DNA of 64,000 nucleotides from Escherichia coli (GTDB lineage Bacteria; Pseudomonadota; Gammaproteobacteria; Enterobacterales; Enterobacteriaceae): NCBI RefSeq assembly GCF_013122565.1, contig NZ_CP053258.1; one strand, 5' to 3'. Shown piece by piece: positions 54,790 to 64,000 of this stretch (position 1 is its first letter; each line of letters starts with the position of its first letter). The notes under the pieces were generated by a model. It saw only the letters and a program-made list of their open reading frames with translations, ran no database searches and was not told where the DNA came from. The position numbers and the translations under genes were made by a program.

Positions 54790-56160
54790 ATGTTGAATAA
54801 TGCTATGAGCGTAGTGATCCTTGCCGCAGGTAAAGGCACGCGCATGTATTCCGATCTTCCGAAAGTGCTGCATACCCTTGCCGGGAAAGCGATGGTTCAG
54901 CATGTCATTGATGCTGCGAATGAATTAGGCGCAGCGCACGTTCACCTGGTGTACGGTCACGGCGGCGATCTGCTAAAACAGGCGCTGAAAGACGACAACC
55001 TGAACTGGGTGCTTCAGTCAGAGCAGCTGGGTACGGGTCATGCCATGCAGCAGGCCGCACCTTTCTTTGCCGATGATGAAGACATTTTAATGCTCTACGG
55101 CGACGTGCCGCTGATCTCTGTCGAAACACTCCAGCGCCTGCGTGATGCTAAACCGCAGGGTGGCATTGGTCTGCTGACGGTGAAACTGGATGATCCGACC
55201 GGTTATGGACGTATCACCCGTGAAAATGGCAAAGTTACCGGCATTGTTGAGCACAAAGATGCCACCGACGAGCAGCGTCAGATTCAGGAGATCAACACCG
55301 GCATTCTGATTGCCAACGGTGCAGATATGAAACGCTGGCTGGCGAAGCTGACCAACAATAACGCTCAGGGTGAATACTACATCACCGACATTATTGCGCT
55401 GGCGTATCAGGAAGGACGTGAAATCGTCGCCGTTCATCCGCAACGTTTAAGCGAAGTTGAAGGCGTGAATAACCGCCTGCAACTCTCCCGTCTGGAGCGC
55501 GTTTACCAGTCCGAACAGGCTGAAAAACTGCTGTTAGCAGGCGTTATGCTGCGCGATCCGGCGCGTTTTGATCTGCGCGGTACGCTTACTCACGGGCGCG
55601 ATGTTGAAATTGATACTAACGTTATCATCGAGGGCAACGTGACTCTCGGTCATCGCGTGAAAATCGGCACTGGTTGCGTAATCAAAAACAGCGTGATTGG
55701 CGATGATTGCGAAATCAGTCCGTATACCGTTGTGGAAGATGCGAATCTGGCGGCGGCCTGTACCATTGGCCCGTTTGCCCGTCTGCGTCCTGGTGCTGAG
55801 TTGCTGGAAGGTGCACACGTCGGTAACTTCGTTGAGATGAAAAAAGCGCGTCTGGGTAAAGGCTCGAAAGCTGGTCATCTGACTTATCTGGGCGATGCGG
55901 AAATTGGCGATAACGTTAACATCGGCGCGGGAACCATTACCTGCAACTACGATGGTGCGAATAAATTTAAGACCATTATCGGCGACGATGTGTTTGTCGG
56001 TTCCGACACTCAGCTGGTGGCCCCGGTAACAGTAGGCAAAGGTGCAACCATTGCTGCGGGTACAACTGTGACGCGTAATGTCGGCGAAAATGCATTAGCT
56101 ATCAGCCGTGTGCCGCAGACTCAGAAAGAAGGCTGGCGTCGTCCGGTAAAGAAAAAGTGA
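54790..56160 (+). CDS. glmU: Bifunctional GlcNAc-1-phosphate uridyltransferase / glucosamine-1-phosphate acetyltransferase
   Basis: 456-aa [67 protein letters not shown]...; C-terminal hexapeptide-repeat region. Confidence 0.95.
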   Translation: MLNNAMSVVILAAGKGTRMYSDLPKVLHTLAGKAMVQHVIDAANELGAAHVHLVYGHGGDLLKQALKDDNLNWVLQSEQLGTGHAMQQAAPFFADDEDILMLYGDVPLISVETLQRLRDAKPQGGIGLLTVKLDDPTGYGRITRENGKVTGIVEHKDATDEQRQIQEINTGILIANGADMKRWLAKLTNNNAQGEYYITDIIALAYQEGREIVAVHPQRLSEVEGVNNRLQLSRLERVYQSEQAEKLLLAGVMLRDPARFDLRGTLTHGRDVEIDTNVIIEGNVTLGHRVKIGTGCVIKNSVIGDDCEISPYTVVEDANLAAACTIGPFARLRPGAELLEGAHVGNFVEMKKARLGKGSKAGHLTYLGDAEIGDNVNIGAGTITCNYDGANKFKTIIGDDVFVGSDTQLVAPVTVGKGATIAAGTTVTRNVGENALAISRVPQTQKEGWRRPVKKK

Positions 56161-56321
56161 TTCTGGCCGGGTAATCCGGTCACATGGGATGAGGAGATAA
56201 CATAATCTCCCTCCCACAAGCAGTAACTATAAAAATAACCCCACTCTCTACAAGGCTCGGGGCGCCCGAAAAAACGGGCATACAGGTTGACCGACAACGA
56301 TATAAATCGGAATCAAAAACT

Positions 56322-58151
56322 ATGTGTGGAATTGTTGGCGCGATCGCGCAACGTGATGTAGCAGAAATCCTTCTTGAAGGTTTACGTCGTCTGGAATACC
56401 GCGGATATGACTCTGCCGGTCTGGCCGTTGTTGATGCAGAAGGTCATATGACCCGCCTGCGTCGCCTCGGTAAAGTCCAGATGCTGGCTCAGGCAGCGGA
56501 AGAACATCCTCTGCATGGCGGCACCGGTATTGCTCATACTCGCTGGGCGACCCACGGTGAACCTTCAGAGGTGAATGCGCATCCGCATGTTTCTGAACAC
56601 ATTGTGGTGGTGCATAACGGCATCATCGAAAACCATGAACCGCTGCGCGAAGAGTTAAAAGCGCGTGGCTATACCTTCGTTTCTGAAACCGACACCGAAG
56701 TGATTGCCCATCTGGTGAACTGGGAGCTGAAACAGGGCGGTACTCTGCGTGAGGCTGTTCTACGTGCTATCCCGCAATTGCGTGGTGCGTACGGTACAGT
56801 GATCATGGACTCCCGTCACCCGGATACCCTGCTGGCAGCACGTTCTGGTAGCCCGCTGGTGATTGGTCTGGGCATGGGCGAAAACTTTATCGCTTCTGAC
56901 CAGCTGGCGCTGCTGCCGGTGACCCGTCGCTTTATCTTCCTTGAAGAGGGAGATATTGCGGAAATCACTCGCCGTTCGGTAAACATCTTCGATAAAACTG
57001 GCGCGGAAGTAAAACGTCAGGATATCGAATCCAATCTGCAATATGACGCGGGCGATAAAGGCATTTACCGTCACTACATGCAGAAAGAGATCTACGAACA
57101 GCCGAACGCGATCAAAAACACCCTTACCGGGCGCATCAGCCACGGTCAGGTTGATTTAAGCGAGCTGGGACCGAACGCCGACGAACTGCTGTCGAAGGTT
57201 GAGCATATTCAGATCCTCGCCTGTGGTACTTCTTATAACTCCGGTATGGTTTCCCGCTACTGGTTTGAATCGCTGGCAGGTATTCCGTGCGACGTCGAAA
57301 TCGCCTCTGAATTCCGCTATCGCAAATCTGCCGTGCGTCGTAACAGCCTGATGATCACCTTGTCACAGTCTGGCGAAACCGCGGATACCCTGGCTGGCCT
57401 GCGTCTGTCGAAAGAGCTGGGTTACCTTGGTTCGCTGGCCATCTGTAACGTTCCGGGTTCTTCTCTGGTGCGCGAATCCGATCTGGCGCTGATGACCAAC
57501 GCCGGTACGGAAATCGGCGTGGCATCCACTAAAGCATTCACCACTCAGTTAACTGTGCTGTTGATGCTGGTGGCGAAGCTGTCTCGCCTGAAAGGTCTGG
57601 ATGCCTCCATTGAGCATGACATCGTGCATGGTCTGCAGGCGCTGCCGAGCCGTATTGAGCAGATGCTGTCTCAGGACAAACGCATTGAAGCTCTGGCAGA
57701 AGATTTCTCTGACAAACATCACGCGCTGTTCCTGGGCCGTGGCGATCAGTACCCAATCGCGCTGGAAGGCGCATTGAAGCTGAAAGAGATCTCTTACATT
57801 CACGCTGAAGCCTACGCTGCAGGCGAGCTGAAACACGGTCCGCTGGCGCTGATTGATGCCGATATGCCGGTTATCGTCGTTGCACCGAACAACGAATTGC
57901 TGGAAAAACTGAAATCTAACATTGAAGAAGTTCGCGCGCGTGGCGGTCAGTTGTATGTCTTCGCCGATCAGGATGCAGGTTTTGTCGGTAGCGATAACAT
58001 GCACATCATCGAGATGCCGCATGTGGAAGAGGTGATTGCACCGATCTTCTACACCGTTCCGCTGCAGCTACTGGCTTACCATGTCGCGCTGATCAAAGGC
58101 ACCGACGTTGACCAGCCGCGTAACCTGGCAAAATCGGTTACGGTTGAGTAA
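56322..58151 (+). CDS. glmS: Glutamine--fructose-6-phosphate aminotransferase
   Basis: 609-aa [41 protein letters not shown]... (N-terminal Cys glutaminase, C-terminal SIS domains, ending ...KSVTVE). Confidence 0.95.
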   Translation: MCGIVGAIAQRDVAEILLEGLRRLEYRGYDSAGLAVVDAEGHMTRLRRLGKVQMLAQAAEEHPLHGGTGIAHTRWATHGEPSEVNAHPHVSEHIVVVHNGIIENHEPLREELKARGYTFVSETDTEVIAHLVNWELKQGGTLREAVLRAIPQLRGAYGTVIMDSRHPDTLLAARSGSPLVIGLGMGENFIASDQLALLPVTRRFIFLEEGDIAEITRRSVNIFDKTGAEVKRQDIESNLQYDAGDKGIYRHYMQKEIYEQPNAIKNTLTGRISHGQVDLSELGPNADELLSKVEHIQILACGTSYNSGMVSRYWFESLAGIPCDVEIASEFRYRKSAVRRNSLMITLSQSGETADTLAGLRLSKELGYLGSLAICNVPGSSLVRESDLALMTNAGTEIGVASTKAFTTQLTVLLMLVAKLSRLKGLDASIEHDIVHGLQALPSRIEQMLSQDKRIEALAEDFSDKHHALFLGRGDQYPIALEGALKLKEISYIHAEAYAAGELKHGPLALIDADMPVIVVAPNNELLEKLKSNIEEVRARGGQLYVFADQDAGFVGSDNMHIIEMPHVEEVIAPIFYTVPLQLLAYHVALIKGTDVDQPRNLAKSVTVE

Positions 58152-58158
58152 TAAATGG

Positions 58159-58186
58159 ATGCCCTGCGTAAGCGGGGCATTTTTCT
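58159..58186 (+). terminator. glmS intrinsic terminator
   Basis: atgccctgcg-taa-gcggggcat followed by ttttt, directly after the glmS stop. Confidence 0.8.
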
Positions 58187-58359
58187 TCCTGTTATGTTTT
58201 TAATCAAACATCCTGCCAACTCCATGTGACAAACCGTCATCTTCGGCTACTTTTTCTCTGTCACAGAATGAAAATTTTTCTGTCATCTCTTCGTTATTAA
58301 TATTTGTAATTAACTGAATATAAACGCTTATTTAAATCAGACGGAAGACTTTCTCTCTC

Positions 58360-58401
58360 TGTCATAAAACTGTCATAAACCTTACATATAACTGTCACCT
58401 G
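58360..58401 (+). promoter_or_regulatory. Tandem Pho boxes (PhoB binding sites) of the pstS promoter
   Basis: ctgtcataaaactgtcataaa (58360-58380) and cttacatataactgtcacctg (58381-58401) match the CTGTCAT-A(A/T)A(T/A)-CTGT(C/A)A(C/T) direct-repeat consensus; further CTGTCA repeats at about 58255-58290; about 65 bp upstream of pstS. Confidence 0.9.
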
Positions 58402-58446
58402 TTTGTCCTATTTTGCTTCTCGTAGCCAACAAACAATGCTTTATGA

Positions 58447-59505
<1,059 letters not shown>

Positions 59506-59514
59506 TAAAACTCC

Positions 59515-59548
59515 AGGCCGGGTACGGTGTTTTACGCCGCATCCGGCA
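59515..59548. repeat. REP-like palindromic element downstream of pstS
   Basis: aggccgggtacggtgttttacgccgcatccggca: REP-type GC-rich palindrome (reverse complement GCCGGATGCGGCGTAAA...). Confidence 0.6.
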
Positions 59549-59588
59549 TTACAAAATGACTTTGTAAACGCGTTTAACTGAAGAGTAA

Positions 59589-61441
<1,853 letters not shown>

Positions 61442-61447
61442 CACTTT

Positions 61448-61482
61448 GCCGGATGCGGCGTGAACGCCTGATCCGGCCTACG
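61448..61482. repeat. REP element between pstA and pstB
   Basis: gccggatgcggcgtgaacgcctgatccggcctac: canonical REP-like sequence, followed by a second small palindrome (gcctgat...atcaggc). Confidence 0.7.
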
Positions 61483-61492
61483 GTAAGCCTGA

Positions 61493-62305
<813 letters not shown>

Positions 62306-62319
62306 TTCAGGAGTGCGTT

Positions 62320-63045
62320 ATGGACAGTCTCAATCTTAATAAACATATTTCCGGCCAGTTCAACGCCGAACTGGAAAGTATCCGCACGCAGGTGATGACC
62401 ATGGGCGGCATGGTGGAGCAGCAGCTTTCTGATGCAATCACCGCGATGCATAACCAGGACAGCGATCTGGCGAAGCGCGTCATCGAAGGCGACAAGAACG
62501 TCAACATGATGGAAGTGGCGATCGATGAAGCTTGCGTGCGCATTATCGCCAAACGTCAGCCGACGGCGAGCGACCTGCGTCTGGTTATGGTGATCAGTAA
62601 AACCATTGCCGAGCTGGAGCGTATTGGCGACGTGGCGGACAAAATCTGCCGTACTGCGCTGGAGAAATTCTCCCAGCAGCATCAGCCGTTGCTGGTAAGT
62701 CTGGAGTCGCTGGGCCGTCATACCATCCAGATGCTGCACGACGTGCTGGACGCGTTCGCGCGGATGGACATTGACGAAGCGGTACGTATTTATCGGGAAG
62801 ATAAAAAAGTCGATCAGGAGTACGAAGGTATTGTTCGTCAACTGATGACCTACATGATGGAAGATTCGCGCACCATTCCGAGCGTACTTACCGCGCTGTT
62901 CTGTGCGCGTTCTATCGAACGTATTGGTGACCGCTGCCAGAATATTTGTGAGTTTATCTTCTACTACGTGAAGGGTCAGGATTTCCGTCATGTAGGCGGT
63001 GATGAGCTGGATAAACTGCTGGCGGGAAAAGACCCGAAAGAGTAG
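62320..63045 (+). CDS. phoU: Phosphate signalling complex protein PhoU
   Basis: ORF 62302..63045; start set at [58 protein letters not shown] (241 aa). Confidence 0.95.
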   Translation: MDSLNLNKHISGQFNAELESIRTQVMTMGGMVEQQLSDAITAMHNQDSDLAKRVIEGDKNVNMMEVAIDEACVRIIAKRQPTASDLRLVMVISKTIAELERIGDVADKICRTALEKFSQQHQPLLVSLESLGRHTIQMLHDVLDAFARMDIDEAVRIYREDKKVDQEYEGIVRQLMTYMMEDSRTIPSVLTALFCARSIERIGDRCQNICEFIFYYVKGQDFRHVGGDELDKLLAGKDPKE

Positions 63046-63381
63046 TGACGACAGCGGCTACGGATGAACCGTGGCCGCAATGTTGATTGCAAGTTGTCGA
63101 TGAAAATTATTGTCCTGAGAGTATGTATTAGAACGTAAAAGTTTGACTATTTCTTCCTTTTTTATAGATCGCGGTTGTATCTCTGCATTAACAAAAACAT
63201 ATCATACAAAATTTTTATGCGTGTAATTAATTCGTTTAGTGAATTTAAAAATACAAATCCATAATTCTCGCTATACTTTTTATAAATATATTCCTAATTT
63301 TAAAGATGTAGTTTTTCCCCATTTTTCACCTATGCTATTTTTGCCATTATTTTTGATTTAAAATATTAAATGGTGGCACTA

Positions 63382-64000
63382 ATGAGTAACATGGAAGTCA
63401 GAAAGTTAACAAAAAACTTACTACTATCGACCTCACTATTCTGTCTTCTCGCCATGGGAAATACCGTTAGTGCATCAACAGATCAGGTTACTCTAACCGT
63501 CGTCGGTGAGGTTATTCCGGGTTCTTGCACGCCTTCATTAGATAACGGCAGTAAAATTGATTACGGTAGTTTTCCCCGTACCACGTTAACTAAGACCTCC
63601 AACCAACTGGGCGTTAAAAATATTAATTTAAGTATTTCCTGTTCGGCAGCCGCAGTGGTCGCCCTGTATGCCACCGATAACCGTAAAACCAGTATTGCCG
63701 ATGGCATCAGCGTTGAAAAATCCTGGGTTGGTAAAACAACGGTTACTGATAAAAAATCGCTGTTCGGCCTGGGTACCACAAAGGACGGTGAACAGATAGG
63801 GGCATTTTCATTAGGCATTGATTACAACAATATGGTTTTTGATACCGGTACAACGAAAACGCTGATAAAAACCGATAACGTCAAAGCTGACCCGATTGTC
63901 TGGCGCTCCAACTCTGATGGCGCAATAGTCGATCATGACTCAACAGCAGGTAGTTGGATTGCTATGACTCCCGGCACCCCCTCTACTACGCCTTTCTCTT
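63382..64000 (+). CDS. Putative secreted pilin-like (chaperone-usher fimbrial-subunit-like) protein, 5' part only; not K-12 BglG
   Basis: Read directly from the sequence, not in the ORF track because no stop is reached: ATG 63382 gives MSNMEVRKLTKNLLLSTSLFCLLAMGNTVSA|STDQVTLTVVGEVIPGSCTPSLDNG...NINLSISCSAAAVVALYATDN..., open for 206 codons to the window end. Sec-type signal peptide with VSA cleavage motif; GEVxxxxC plus a second Cys about 40 aa later resembles the pilin disulfide pair (FimA: GEVVNAAC...NDCDT). Family assignment is by eye only. Confidence 0.5.
   Translation, partial: MSNMEVRKLTKNLLLSTSLFCLLAMGNTVSASTDQVTLTVVGEVIPGSCTPSLDNGSKIDYGSFPRTTLTKTSNQLGVKNINLSISCSAAAVVALYATDNRKTSIADGISVEKSWVGKTTVTDKKSLFGLGTTKDGEQIGAFSLGIDYNNMVFDTGTTKTLIKTDNVKADPIVWRSNSDGAIVDHDSTAGSWIAMTPGTPSTTPFS

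Noticed and set aside
63561-63818. 85-aa minus-strand ORF at the right edge.
   Set aside because: Lies antisense within the better-supported plus-strand signal-peptide ORF starting at 63382.

Overview
This window is an Escherichia coli-type core chromosomal segment around the replication origin, in reverse-complement orientation relative to the usual K-12 map. Almost all of it is textbook core genome; the only real candidate for novel content is a partial gene at the right-hand edge. Gene order read from the sequence: wzzE-wecA, rho with leader rhoL, trxA, rhlB-gppA, rep, a yifN-like PemK/MazF-family ORF, ppiC, ilvC/ilvY, the ilvLXGMEDA operon (ilvG intact, unlike K-12), comM, yifE, hdfR, a complete rrnC-type rRNA operon on the minus strand (16S, tRNA-Glu, 23S, 5S, tRNA-Asp, tRNA-Trp), yieP-hsrA, rbsDACBK-rbsR, kup, ravA-viaA, asnA, asnC-mioC, oriC, mnmG-rsmG, atpIBEFHAGDC, glmUS and pstSCAB-phoU. 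Assignments rest on reading the supplied ORF translations and the nucleotide sequence against remembered E. coli proteins and RNAs; no database search was run. I found no IS element, integrase, prophage gene or CRISPR array. Downstream of phoU, where K-12 carries bglG, there is instead an AT-rich spacer and a 5'-partial ORF for a signal-peptide-bearing, pilin-like protein that runs off the window. Smaller points of interest are the apparently intact yifN-like toxin-family ORF without an obvious partner and the intact ilvG.
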